In this document: in pieces, positions 45,905 through 58,800 of the stretch | Layout: every line of letters begins with the position of its first letter | Position numbering within the stretch: position 1 is the first letter of the stretch | NCBI GenBank assembly: GCA_008632985.1 | Contig: QPGO01000017.1 | Span: forward strand, 248,001 to 312,000 | Direction of reading: 5' to 3' | Source: Psammoneis japonica | Taxonomy: Eukaryota | DNA length: 64,000 bases | Position numbers and translations under genes: made by a program | Notes under the pieces: model-generated | Told to the model about the DNA's origin: nothing | Databases searched by the model: none | Seen by the model: only the letters and a program-made list of their open reading frames with translations

Positions 45905-48422
45905 GCACTCTTGTCTGGCAGGCAAGAATGGCTCAGAACATTTTTAGCTGGTCTGGAACACTCTTGTCTCTGAGCAACAATGCTCTTGTGTCCAGACAAA
46001 AACGTGCACTTGGCTTGCCTGGAACATTCCAGCCTGCTGGGCAACAACACAGTCATCTGGGCAAGAGTGCACAATTGACACAACTGTCTGGGCAAGAGTG
46101 TTCTTGTCTGTTCTGGAGTGTTCTTGTCTGGGCAAGGATGTTCTTGTCTGTTCCAGAGTGTTCTTGTCTCGGCAAGGACATTCTTGTCTGGGCAAGCAAG
46201 GATGTTCTTGTCTGGGCAAGAATGTTCTTGTCCTGGTCTGGAACACTCTTGTTGTGCAGGCAAGAACACTCTTGTCCAGACAATGACATTTTTGGCTGGT
46301 CCAGGACATTCTTGTCCAGGCAAGAACATTCTTTGCTGACAGACAAGCAAGCCAGCATCATGTGAATGCACTCAATCAGTCATGAGGACATTGCAGACAT
46401 CAAGCAATGGCCGCTGACAATTGATCCAGTCAACTGCATTTTCTTGGGGAGGTGTGAAATGTTCAGAGTGCCTCCATTTGTGAGAAAAGAGTGTGGGCAG
46501 TGAGGCTGCATTGGAGCTCTGCACAAGACAAAAGGGTTGTTCTTGTAACACATCTGCGCAAACAGCTGGGCAACAGATGGGTTGTTTGAAGTGTTCACAA
46601 CCAGTCAAGAATGGCCAGAAAATTTTTGGCTGGTCTAGAACACCCTTGTCTGAGCAACAATGCTCTTGTCCAGGTAAGAGCATTCTTGTTGTCTGGGCAA
46701 GAAAACACATCTCCAGACAAAAGCACATTTGACTTGCCTGGAGACACTCTTGCCTGGAGAAGAGTGCTCTTGTCTGGGCAAGCGCATTCTTGTCTGAGAG
46801 CAAGGATGTTCTTGTCTGGGCAAAACATTGCTGGCTGGTCTGGGACACTCTCATCTGGGCAAGAAAACTTTTGTCCAGACAAAAACATTTTTGGCTTGTC
46901 TGGAACACTCCTGTCTGGGCAAGAATGTTCTTGTTCTGGTCTGGAAAGCTCTTGTCCAGTCAGGCAAGAACATTCTTGTTGGCTGGTCTGGGACATTCTT
47001 GTTGGGCAAGAACACTCTTGTCTGGGCAAGAACACTCTTTGCCAATCAGGGGCACTCTTGTCTGGATGGCCCAGAACATTTTTGGTTGGTCTGGAACATT
47101 CTTGTTTGGGCAACAATGCTCTTGTCCAGGCAAGAGTGTTTTTGTCTGGGCAAGAAATTTTGCATCCAGAGACAAAAACACATTTGACTTGCCTGGAATG
47201 TTCTAGCCTGGGCATCAGGAGCAGCTGCAGTCTTTTTTCTTTTGTCTTAACTGGCCTCTCTTTCATTCTTTCCTCCCTCTGCAGGAGCTTCAACCTCCTC
47301 CTTCTCAGTTGGTTTGTGACTGCCCACAAATGGCTCCTCCTCCTCCTTTTCATTTCCCTCTTTCTGATCATCTTCCTTTTCAAATCCACTTGCTTCCATC
47401 CTCCTGCTCCTTTGCACCATCTTCAGGAGAAACCACAAATGGCATGATGGGGTTTTGCACTTCCATGGTGGTTTGCTTTCTCATGTCTTGTTCTTCTCAA
47501 AACAAAATGCACCAAATGGCTCAAACTGACAATGCACTGCTTGGCAGCCAAAGTTGTGACAAAAATGCAACAAGAGCTGCTGCTTTGGCAACATGGCCAA
47601 ACAGATCTTGCTGAACATTTCACACAATCAAGCTTCCCTTGCAAGTGTTCTGCGCAGATCAAAAATCACATTCTTGGCTCATCAAAAATGAATGTTCTGG
47701 ACTGCATTCCAGACCAGCCAAAGATGTTCTTGCCTGGACAAAAAGAATGTTTTTGCCCAGACAAGAGCACCCGGGGCAAGCCAAGAATGGTCTGGAGCAC
47801 TCTTGTCTCACAGGAGTGTTCATGGCTGGTCCAGAGCACTCTTGTCTGGGCAAGAAAATTTGCATCCAGACAAAATCACATTTGGCTTGCCTGTCCAGAC
47901 AAAATCACATTTGGCTTGCCTGGAACATTCCAGCCTGAGCAACAACATTTTGTCTGGGTGGGAGTGTTCTTGTCTGGGCAAGCACATTCCTGGCTGGCTG
48001 GTCTGAGACACACTTGTCTGGGCAAGAATTTTTTGCAGACAAAAACATTTTTGGCTTGTTTGGAACACTCCACCAGACAAGGTGACAGTGTTCTTGTCTG
48101 GGCAAGAATGTTCTTGTCCCAGTTCAGAACACTCTTTTCCAGGTAAAAACATTCTTGTCCAGACAAAAACTTTTTTTTTGCCAGTCAAAGACATTCTTGT
48201 CTGGGCAAGAATGTTCTTGTCACATTCTTTGCCAATCTGGGGTGCTCTTGTCTGGTGAACAAGAATGGCCCAGAACATTTTGGGCTGGTCCAGAACACAG
48301 AACACTCTTGTCTGGGCAACGTTGCTCTTGTGTGGGCAAAAAAATTCTTGTCTGGACAACAACATTTTTGGCTTGTCTGGAACACTCCAGTCTGGGCAAC
48401 AACGTTCTTGTCTGGGCAAGAA
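45905..48422. repeat. Satellite of ~20-bp quasi-palindromic units (TTCTTGTCTGGGCAAGAA) in three blocks
   Basis: Dozens of degenerate units in ~45905-46330, ~46610-47210 and ~47690-48422. Confidence 0.9.
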
Positions 48423-51400
48423 TGTAGAAAACAAGAAGAAAGCAAAGCAGTGGCAGTGAAGAACATCACTGCAAATGAACCTGGCAGCAAAGAAGGCAAA
48501 TTTGTGCATCAGAATTTCTTCACAGCAGCAACTGCAAGTTGGCTGTTTCACCCAGCTTTGTCCAAATCAAAGTCCTCAAATGACAAACACCTGGACAAGG
48601 CCAGCTGTGCAAAGGCTCTTGTGATTTGGTCATCCAAGAGTCACAACAGAGAAAGAGAAAAAGCCACCAAGGGCTGTGACCAGAATGAAAGCACATGGCA
48701 GTCACCAGCAAAACAGTCAGAAGCCTGCATTGCAAAATGACCCAGTTGCAGCCCATGCAAAAGCAGGTTGCACATGACAGTGTTGCCAAGTTGTCTGACT
48801 GCCACCTTCGCTCAAAATGGCAGATGTCACATTGTGCGCAGAAAAGCACATGCCCTGCAATGGTGTGGTGTGCTGCCATGCACATTTGCTCAACATGTCC
48901 TCAACAAGTTTGAGAAATGGGCAAAACCAAGACATTCCAACATGCTCAGCTTCAAAAGTGGTGGGCTGCTGCAGACAATGCAAACAATGTCTCACAGTCA
49001 GGAGGTGGGCAACAAAAGCAACAAGGGGCATGCAATGCTTCTGAATGCTGCTGGCTGAATGTCATGATGTCATGACAGTTGTTTGTTCCCCATTCATTGC
49101 AAACTTTGTGGTTGCTCTTGTGTGCTTTTCTTGTCATCTCATGGCATTTCATGGCAGCACACAGCTGGGCAAAGAATTCAGACAAGAAGGTTGGACAAAC
49201 AAACCCCAACTCCAAGCTTCAGGATGACATGTGGCAGCTCATCTGGTGGCTGGGTCAGGGCACACAAACATTGCCCTTTTCTTCACCACTTGGCAAGAGG
49301 ACCCATGGGAAGATCCTGGTGCTGAGTGCACTCCAGAAAAAAATGGCCATGGCTGTGCTCAAAGATGCCGTTGTTGGCTGAGGACACAATTGAGGAGGGC
49401 AAAGTCTTCAAGATTGCAGGAGAAGCAGATGAAGGTGGGCAAAGATGGGCAACTGGCAAGGACAAGGGGAGCCATGGCCAGAGGGGGGTCTGAGCAAGGC
49501 TGAAAATGCTGCTGTTGTCACCTCATTGACAGGGTCAGGAGCAATGGGGCAGCCACCACAACAAAAGCTGCCCTGGCAACAGCGAGTGTCACCTGGGGCA
49601 CTTGGGCTGCAAAGATGATGCCACCCAGAGGACACCATCAACAAAGGCAGAAGGTGAAAAAGGAGCTGACCACAAAGACAGCACCAACTGTGAAAAGCCA
49701 ACTTCTTGCAAATTGATGCCCCCTGGAGCTCACAGCAAATTTGGCAACAATGGCGCAACAGCGGTGGTGGGTGTTTGTGATTTTTCCTGATTTTCACCAT
49801 GCTTCACCATGGTGAAAACATCAAGAGCCACAAGTCTGTGAAGAATGTGGTGCGTTTGTCAACTCTCATTCATTTTGTGTTTGTTGTGCATCAAATGTTT
49901 GTGGACAGACCACTGCATTGTGGAAAAATGATGTGACTGCCATCATCATTGTGCTTCTTTGATCACGGTGCATGACATTCTTGCTTTTGTGCACAATCAG
50001 GTGTGAATGTGAACAATTTTTGTGTCAAAAAATGAACACTTCAAACAGCTTCATTCAGATGTCATGGCAACTCTCCTGGGACAAACACACAGGGATGACC
50101 CTCCTTGGCCATCACATCTTTGTCCCAACACAAACTCTGCAGCAGCTGCATGATTTCAAAAATTCATGCCTCAATGCCCAAAGCATTGCCACCATTGCCT
50201 TTGGCAACACTGTTGACAAACTCAGAAGCAAAATCAAGAGTGCACCAGAGCATCTTGAACAATCATTTTGACAAGGCTGGCCTGTCCTCTCTTTGCAAAC
50301 TTGCACACGCACTCTGTGGACAACACCTCATCCAACAAGCAACACCCAACCAAAGTCTTGAAATTGTCTTTTCCTCTTTTCTGTGACAGAAAAGGTTTCA
50401 ACACTTGCCTTTCAAACAAGCCCAAAGACATTGTGTGCCTTCCCCTGCCAACTCAGCCTGACATTTTGGAGTCAAGATCACGTGGGCTCCCATGCGATGC
50501 ATGCAATGCTGAGGTGGCACAGCTTCCTTCATGAAATCTCCACAAGAGAGGCAAGAAGCATCTCTGCAGGCTCTGCATTTTCTGCGCAGCACCCACACTG
50601 ATCTTCAATGCCTCCGTCTTCACACCTCAGATCAGCATCAATCAGCCCCCTTTAAATCAAGACTCATGGCATTCCTTCTGGTTTGCCACGCCACCAGGGC
50701 AGCATTTTCTGCACCCTCTTTTTGACTGGAGTGCTTGCTTTGTTGCAGTCATCCTGCAAATCCTTCTCGACACAGTTGGGGTCATCTGCCTTCAAGTCAT
50801 TTTCTGGCTCTTCCCCAAGCTTGTTGTGAACAGTTTTCCATTTGTCAGTTGTGATGTCATGCTTTTGTTGTGCAGCTGTTCATCCTTTGCCATCACCTGG
50901 TGAGGCCATTCACTGTCATCTTGCAACAGCATTGTTGGTTGTTGGTTGAGTGTCTCCAACTTGCAGCTGTTGTGCACTCTCATGCTGGGTGCCCTGCATG
51001 CCCTGCTGTCAATTTGGTGTCTTTCATCTTGCATTTCCCAGCCCACCCCAGGTTCATCTTGTGTGCCAACAAGCCATCCTCCCGCTGCTTTGAATGGCCC
51101 AATGAGTGGTGAAAAAAAAAGAACATGTGATCAAAGTCAGGACACATCTCAGCAAGTGCATCAACACACCCAGTCTTCAAGCTGTGTGACCACGTGGTCA
51201 TGCATCCAATGACCTTGGGGGTTGTGCTGCAAGCAGCACTCAAATTCGCAGACGAGTGGTGATGTTGTCAAATTTTTCTTGGTGTTTGACCCTCTGGCTT
51301 TCACTGCCTCATTTTCATTGCTGTGTTGCACAAAGTTTCCACCCATTTTTCTCATTGACTTTCTTGAGCAAGTCATCATCCAGACTTTGCAGCAGGCCAT

Positions 51401-52079
51401 GCTCCCCACTTGTGAAAAGAGAGAGCATTGTTCCAAGGTGGTTGGATCCAAGCCATGCCAGCCATTGGAAACTGTTTGAGTGCAGCAGCCTCATCTTCCA
51501 CAACATGGCTGGCTTTGCATTGGTGGGAAACTGATGGCTCAAGTGTCCACCACATTCTGGTGCTTTTGGATCATCAGATTGAGCGATCATGTTGTGAAAT
51601 CCACCACAGTCATCCACATGGAACTTGGCACATGCACTGCCGTCTCGAGCAAAGAGTGAGTCTGGACAGCAACAGCGGCAACGCGCATGCGCTTTTCATC
51701 CCGCCAAAGACCTTCCGCCCAATCCCCATGACATCTGTTTCTTGCCTGTGCTGTGTGCAATGGCAGATGTGATCATTCAATGATCGCTCGTGTTTAGAAA
51801 GTTTGATGAGTGTTTGTGAGCCCTGCACACCAATCAGCATGCAACATGGTGTGATGTTGGTGCCATCGCATTTTGTGAACAAAACCTGCCAGCCTCGCTT
51901 TTGCTGAAGATGCGCTTCGACAGACAACAACTTCCTGCAGGAGCTGTGTAAGACCTGGTGTTGTTGAGGCAATCCCGTCCAAGCAAGCCTTCGAAATGGC
52001 AATCATGCTGATCCTCTCACAATTCCAAACTTGACCACCTGATCAAGCAAAGACTCACGTCTTGCTGCTGTCAATCATC

Positions 52080-52727
52080 ATGCAGACCTCTCTTCTTCTC
52101 TTCACCATGGTGCTCTTCACCATCGTTGACGGTGCTGTTCCACTCCCCATCGAACATGCGCTCTTTGCCTTTGCCGTCTTCATCGCATTGAAGCAAGCCG
52201 TTCAATTTTCGAGCATCGACGAGACGTGCGTTGCGACTGTCCGAGTCCTTGAGACCAAGCCATCCAAGATGTTTCCAATCCAGTTTCCCATGGAGTGGTC
52301 GAACAATAGAAAGAGAAAGCGATCGAGCACTGTCAGCCATTCTGACGACGTTGAAGACTCTTCTCGTGAAACGAAAGTGCCCAAAACCGCCATGACCACT
52401 TGCAAACGCACCATCCGCAAAGTCCGCAAGAGCAAACATTCAAATGACAAGGAACGTGACTCTCCCTTTGACCGTCAAAAGATGCAAGCGCTGGCATGTA
52501 AAAATCTCATCAATGCCCATCGCTTTGGCACAAACGAAAAGCCCGCTGCTCAGAAGAAGCTCCGTCAGCGTCGACCGGCCAAAGATGTTCCGTCCGATTC
52601 TGCTCCGCATGCGTCAGGAAGTGCAAGCCGCCAAGCGCAAGGAAAAGGTCCAGGCTCGTCATCGCCAGGCACAATCCACATCGTTGTTGGGAAGTGGTCA
52701 AGGGAAGAATTCTGCTGTTCAACATGA
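52080..52727 (+). pseudogene. Gene-like ORF with hydrophobic N-terminus and basic tail, probably decaying
   Basis: CpG-retaining open frame with two hydrophobic stretches, but Tyr-free and TpA-poor; no family recognised. Confidence 0.3.
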
Positions 52728-53459
52728 GGAGGCATCTCTGATGCCTTGATTCACTGTGGTGAGGGAACCAACTGGAGCCACCCAGTCGGTCGTGACCAAC
52801 TCACCGAATCACAGAATCCACTCTCGATTGGAAGTAAAAATCCAGACAATGCCAAGCAATTTAGAACAAAAAAAGAGGTGCATGGAGCAATCCCACTCAA
52901 CATCAAATCTTCTGTTCGTTTTTTTAGACTGGAGAGCTGACTTTGTGGCGCTGCACACGTGCGCACGCGGGGCATGTTTGTTTCAACTCGTGTTTGACAG
53001 ATCCATCTTCCGTCATCTCAATCTTCTTTCTTGCCTTTTCATTTGCACGGCAGTCACCGACATTGGTCAACGAGTGCCACCAAGAGTCTTTGGTGTGGTC
53101 CATTGGTTGACTTGCAGCTTGATGGCTGTCCAATGGTTGCAGGTAATCCGGTTGGACCGACGTGTCACATGCCACAGTTCGAGACATTCTGTTGGAGCAA
53201 CACCCTACAAAATGTGCGCTTGAGACAAATCTTTGTCATTGTTGGAACTTCATCTCGCATCCAATTCGGCACCTCTCTAAGCACAATCTTGTTTCCCACC
53301 AAGGCGATGTTGTGTAAAGAGCGCGCAGCTTCTTCTCAGAGCAGAGTGCGCAGGTCGTGCGACCTGTGCACTCATTTCGGGCAACACTTGTGCAAAAGTT
53401 TGACAATTTGATTTGCTTGCTGCTGGGCTGCACTCGATTTCTCAGCTCACCTCTGATCG

Positions 53460-54340
53460 ATTGTGTGCAACTTGACAAAGTCAGGTCCACGAGGAACAAT
53501 TGACCAGCGGTTCAAATCTGGATGAGAGGCAAAACAGTGCATCTTGATTTGATCCACATTGACTGTGTCCGCAACTCCTGGTGTCTGGCAGATTTCTCAC
53601 ATGCAGTTGAGAATTGCCGGAGTCGAGGCAACGCTGTGTGTGTTGGTTTTAAAGCAGACAATGTAAACTTCATCGAACCGACTAATGTCACAAACAAACG
53701 AATGTCGGCTTCCGTCATTTGCAACCGGCAATGAATCGTTGCTTCTGAAGGGTGGAGTCAATTCGATCAAATGAATCCGTCAACTGCTCAATCGCCTCGT
53801 TGCAAGCCTGCTGCAAAGTTGCAAAGCCGCAATGGTGAACGCCGTCGTTGATGGTCAGATAGATCCAATCATTGACACTGTCAATTGCCATCTGCAACTC
53901 CTCAGGGTGGAAGTCAACGTCCGGATTCTTTGCAAAATTGTTGAACTCCGAGTTGAGAATGCATGTGATTTCCGAGGATTTGTTGCTGACAACAGCACTC
54001 AGCTTGGTGTCCCTCAGGATGGGGACCGTGTGCTTGCCATCTGCATCCTCAGCTTCTTCACACAAATCTCTCACACTGAAGGAACCAGAAAGAGGATCCG
54101 GGTCGTTGCCTGGGAGAGCCGCGGGGAAAGGCCCACCCATGCCTGCAGTGTTGTGAAATTCTTCTCCGCCAGGATTGCCAAACACCCACCCACGGTGTTC
54201 ATCGCTTTCATCGTTGGGCCTTGTTTTGTGCCAAACAGAGTGCACCACATTGACAGAAATGCTGTCTTCCAGTCCCTTTAGAGCCCGCATTGGCAGAGTC
54301 CGATGAGCCCATGGACATGCACAGGCAACATGCTAAAGTG
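53460..54340 (-). pseudogene. Glutathionyl-hydroquinone reductase (GST omega/Xi-like, YqjG/ECM4) pseudogene
   Basis: ACPWAHR, LKGLE..ISV, TVPIL.D, SN.SSEI, INDGV..CGF, TEADIRLFVTL, IK.H.F.SH..LN..SIVPRGP; frameshifts near 54290, 53715 and 53680; conserved Tyr mostly replaced. Confidence 0.88.
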
Positions 54341-55899
54341 CCGATTCTTTTCTGGAGGGAATTGCGCTCCTTTCTCTGTCACAATTCAGTTGCATCACAA
54401 AAGAGAAAAGCAAGAAGCAGCTTCTAGTGCATCAAAGTAACCTCCACACAGCATCTTGAGGAATGTCGCCCAGAATCAAAGTGTGGGTCGAAAACCAAAA
54501 GGCAAACACGTGGCAGCCGCGCAGTGGGTGCTTCGTTTCTGAGATTTTGTTGGTTTGTTTTCATCATGCGACACCTCCTCCCAACCCGTCTCTGGTGGTG
54601 AATGCAAGGAAGACAAAGCAGAAAGGAGCCTGCATGATTTTTGGCAAATTGTGGCCATTCGTCAATGAAAGCATCATCCATGCACCCATGCCTGAAGCAA
54701 CACGGATGCAACTGCACTTCCTTTCATTCGGCACCGGCAAAGGCTCGTCGGCATGGACGAGGCACGCCTCCCGCAAAGAAGGTCATTGCAGCAGCACTGT
54801 GATCTCGCTCAGAGACATCAAATGATTCAACTGACAAGACTGCCATGAACTTCTTCATCAATTGTCAAGTTGCAGCAGCCCGCACACTGCAACCTTGGGA
54901 GAGATGGCACTCCGTTGTTGTTGGTGCTGTGCAGGTCTGCTGGTGGGATGGCTGTGGCACCCGTCATGGTTGGTCGGGTGGGCTTGCGGCCTTTGTGATT
55001 TTTGAAATCCAGAATGCTGGCTGCTGGCAGTGAGAGGCGACAGACAGACGTGTTCATGCTTCATTCATCGCGTGCGTGTCGTGCGTCCTGCGCACGTGCC
55101 GCTGCATCATGCCACACAGACACACATCCATTGTTCCATGCCACAGAGACAAAGACTGACAGCAATGGCCAAACCCAGCAACCCAGGCTAAATCTTAAAA
55201 CAAAATGGACAAAACCACTGATGCCTCATGCTGTTGGGAGCAAACACACCCAAAGGTGTTTTGCAGCCTGGGCTGACCGACAGGTTGTTGTCATGCGCGC
55301 AGCTCAAAGCTGCTCTTCTTTCAAACAGTCTTTGTTGTTTGATTTAATCTTTGAGAGAAACTTCAAAAACCAGTCCAACCCAAACAAGTCAATCACCTTC
55401 TTTTCCTGCAAAAATTGTCGTTTTGTCTTTCCCAGCAAAAAAAGCTCTGCTGCACAGAGAGGAGGGGGGTCACAACATTTTTCTTGTGCCAACGACACCT
55501 CATCTTTCCCATGTCCACATCAGTTCCTTCCTTTTGAATGAACAGAACATGACCAACTTGTTTGTCAAAGGGGTCAGAGGCAGGTGGCTGCTCTCCAGCA
55601 GCAGCCAAGCTGGGAACTTCCAGAATGAGACACGAGTCCTCCCTGCTGGCAACTGGCAACAGGCAGCTTGGGGGTTGCAGCCAGAAACAAAAAAGCTTGA
55701 CGTCACTTTGCCCATCTGCCCATTGGGTGAAAAAAAGGCTGTCCTTGACATGTTGGATGTTCTTGTTGAGAACTTTTTTGTTCTCTCCAGGCTTGTTTGC
55801 CAGCAAACAAGCACACTTTTTGCACAGGACTTTCTGCGGGCAAGCAGATGCTCATGACCTGCCACACTCTTGTCGACTCCCAAAAATGTGTTGGAGGTG

Positions 55900-58800
55900 G
55901 CATTGTCAAGGTTTGTCATTCAACGCAGCAGCACTCTGCACATTTCTCTTTCTTCACTTGCCTCAACCACAAGACCAGCAGAGAAGGTCAGAGCCAACAT
56001 CAGCAGCACTCTCTGGAAAGTGGAGTTCTTGGGAGGGAGACTCGACAAGTCAGCAGAAGGATGCAGCCATGAGAAGTGCCAACTCCATTGATGATGTGGG
56101 GGAATGCTCAGCAGTGTCATGACTCTCAATCTTTTCCCACACTCTAGATGCTGCTGTCAGTTCTTTGGCTTGCATTGCAATGGTGTGGCGGTGCAACCAA
56201 GCTGTGAAAGCAAGCTGTCAAGTCACGTGACAGGAGCAACACACACTGCACATCATGGCTGTCATCAGTTGATGCAGCACTGGTCACTTCTGTGTTTGTC
56301 AACTCAGCACTGCTGCCAAAAAAGAGACAGCCCAGGTCAATGTGTCACCAACAAAGCCCCCCAGTCCACAGCTCCAGCCACTGTGTTTCCATGGGCTGTC
56401 CTCCTTCAGCCAATGCTTGCTTGGCTGGTGATGTGTCTCAGCTCAGTGTCCATCATCTTGAGAGAGCCACCTGGTGACAATGGCAGGTCTGCCATTTTCA
56501 TCTGTGAGTGGTCTGGTGGTGTTCATTTCTGTGCCATTTGCTTTTGAAATTGTCTGATGTGTGATGCAGGAGAAGAGCTGAGAAGTGCAACCCATTTTAG
56601 GTCGATGGGAAGCTGGCCCATTGTGCAGATTTGTGTTGTCATCAACAACTTCAAGTGCATTCTGGCAAAAGTTGCCAAGCTGGAAACTGAAACACAACTT
56701 CCATCTAAACTTGAGGAACAAATGGGCCATTGACTGCCCTTTGCAGGTCTCTCAAAACTGCAGCCGCAAGTGCTGTCAGTGTTGGAAAAAGAAGAAAAAG
56801 AAGAGGAAGTGCCAATTGAACTTGCTTGGGGTTGTTGAACAACCCAGCAAGGACACCTGTTCAGCTTCTGCTTCTTGCTGTGCTGCTGCATTTGTCAGCA
56901 AGTCTGCACTCTCATCTTGCAAAGCAGAAGCTGTTGTTGTCAGTTTCCACATCATGCCACACAGTGCCACTTGGTGAGCATCACGGGCAACACTTCATTT
57001 TCTTTCTTGATGACTTGAACTCCAGGTGTCAAAACAAGATGCTGTCTTCTTGTCTCAAAATCATTTCAAAATCCACAGCAGTGTGCTGTGCTGGACATTG
57101 GGAAAAGAGAAAACAGCAGCACATTTTGACCCAACTCACAGTTGAGGCTTGAAGCCCAGCATGAGTGCAGCTCTTGCACAACTCTTGAGATCCCTCCTTG
57201 ATGCCATTCTTTTGCTTTTTGCTGCAACACTTCCTGTGAGCCAACAGACTTTTGGGCAGGCAATTTTAGAAGCAGCCAAGCACTCCAATTTTGAAAATTG
57301 ACTCCAGTTTGGAAGAACTGGCTCCAATCTTGGAAAATTTCCTCTTTTCCACTCCCCAAACACCAAGCATTTAGAGCAAAGAAAAAATCAAAAGACACTG
57401 ACAAATTTCACATGAAAGTCAGTCTCCTTCAGATTTGAGCTCCCCCTGTTTGGTCATCAATGCCTCCCAAGAATCAGCACATCAAATTCATTCTTGCACA
57501 ACTCCACAATGTTGCTCATGTCTTTTTTAGAAATTTGCATCATTGCAATTTCCACAGACAGTTCAGGGGTGATCTAAAATGCCAGCAAACACAAAGACTG
57601 CTGAGCATGGGATGTTTGACTGAGCAGCATCCAATGAGTGTTCTCATGAGTTTGCCTGTGCCCAACTGGTTGGTGGCCCGGCATTTCTTTCAGCAAGGCA
57701 ATGGATGCATTGGGGAGTCAGCAGATGTTTTTTGTGTGGCTTTTTGTGAAACAAACACCATGTGCACCACATGTTGGAGCAATGCCAAACACACGTCAAC
57801 ACATTGCACTGACCTCTGTGCCAGGCTTGACTGTGAAAACACACACATTTGAAAACAAAGGGTTGAATCTGAAAAACATGCACCAACCTCAGTTGTGCTG
57901 TGCTGTGAATGAACAGTGAATCACACTTGCCCATGCACATCTTAAATTTTGCTTTGTGTGCTTTGCACTTCTCTCACACATTGCAAAAACTTGGCCAACA
58001 CAGTGTTTTAATCAAAATCGCACTTGGGAGTGATCCACAATCAACTGCAATGGCTGTGACTTCAACCAGTGAAGAGCAGCTTTTGCAGCAGGACATTGAG
58101 CCATGCTTTCATGAGTTGATTGCATTGCATTGTTCTGCATTGTGGGTCAACTTGGCACCATTGGAAATGCTGTTCAGGCTGCAAGAGGACCAGCTTGCAG
58201 CTTGCAAGCTGCAACCACCTTCAGCCACTGCAACTCTTTTGTTGCGAGTGCTTCTTCTCCACCTGCAGGAGCCACTGCCCTGCCACAGGCAACAACAAGT
58301 TCTGTGGTGGAAATGATGTGGGTGACAACAAGGACTGCAATGACAACGAACAGGCTGCAGTGCAACCTTGCACCATTTTGCTCTGTCAGGGAGGAGGTAA
58401 AAACCACACAGTGCCATTTTGCGGGCTTTTCCCACAAAGTGACAAGGTTGGATGTGCCAAACATGGCTGTTGTTGCTGCAAGATGGTGCTTGCAGCCAGC
58501 ACTTTGGACAACTCAGCCTCTTGCTGTTGTGGATGTGCTGGCACAAGTGTTTGCCAACCAGACTGTGCAAGACCTGTGCAGTTCCCTGACTGCCACATTG
58601 TCTGCAGCACCGATGATGCAGCCAAGGCACGTCTGGGACACCAACAATCTGGGACTGACCATCTGCCACAATCTGGGTGTTTGTTGACTGCAATCCCAGA
58701 TTGTTGTCAACTTGTGAGCCAAGTCTTTCCTCAAACACAATGTGAGAACCACACAAGTTTGCAAGCTTCTAAAGCCTGAATTGCTCCCCACTTTTAAGCA

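Noticed and set aside
45905..48422. CRISPR-like array
   Set aside because: Units are degenerate and adjacent without unique constant-length spacers; no cas genes; eukaryotic context.
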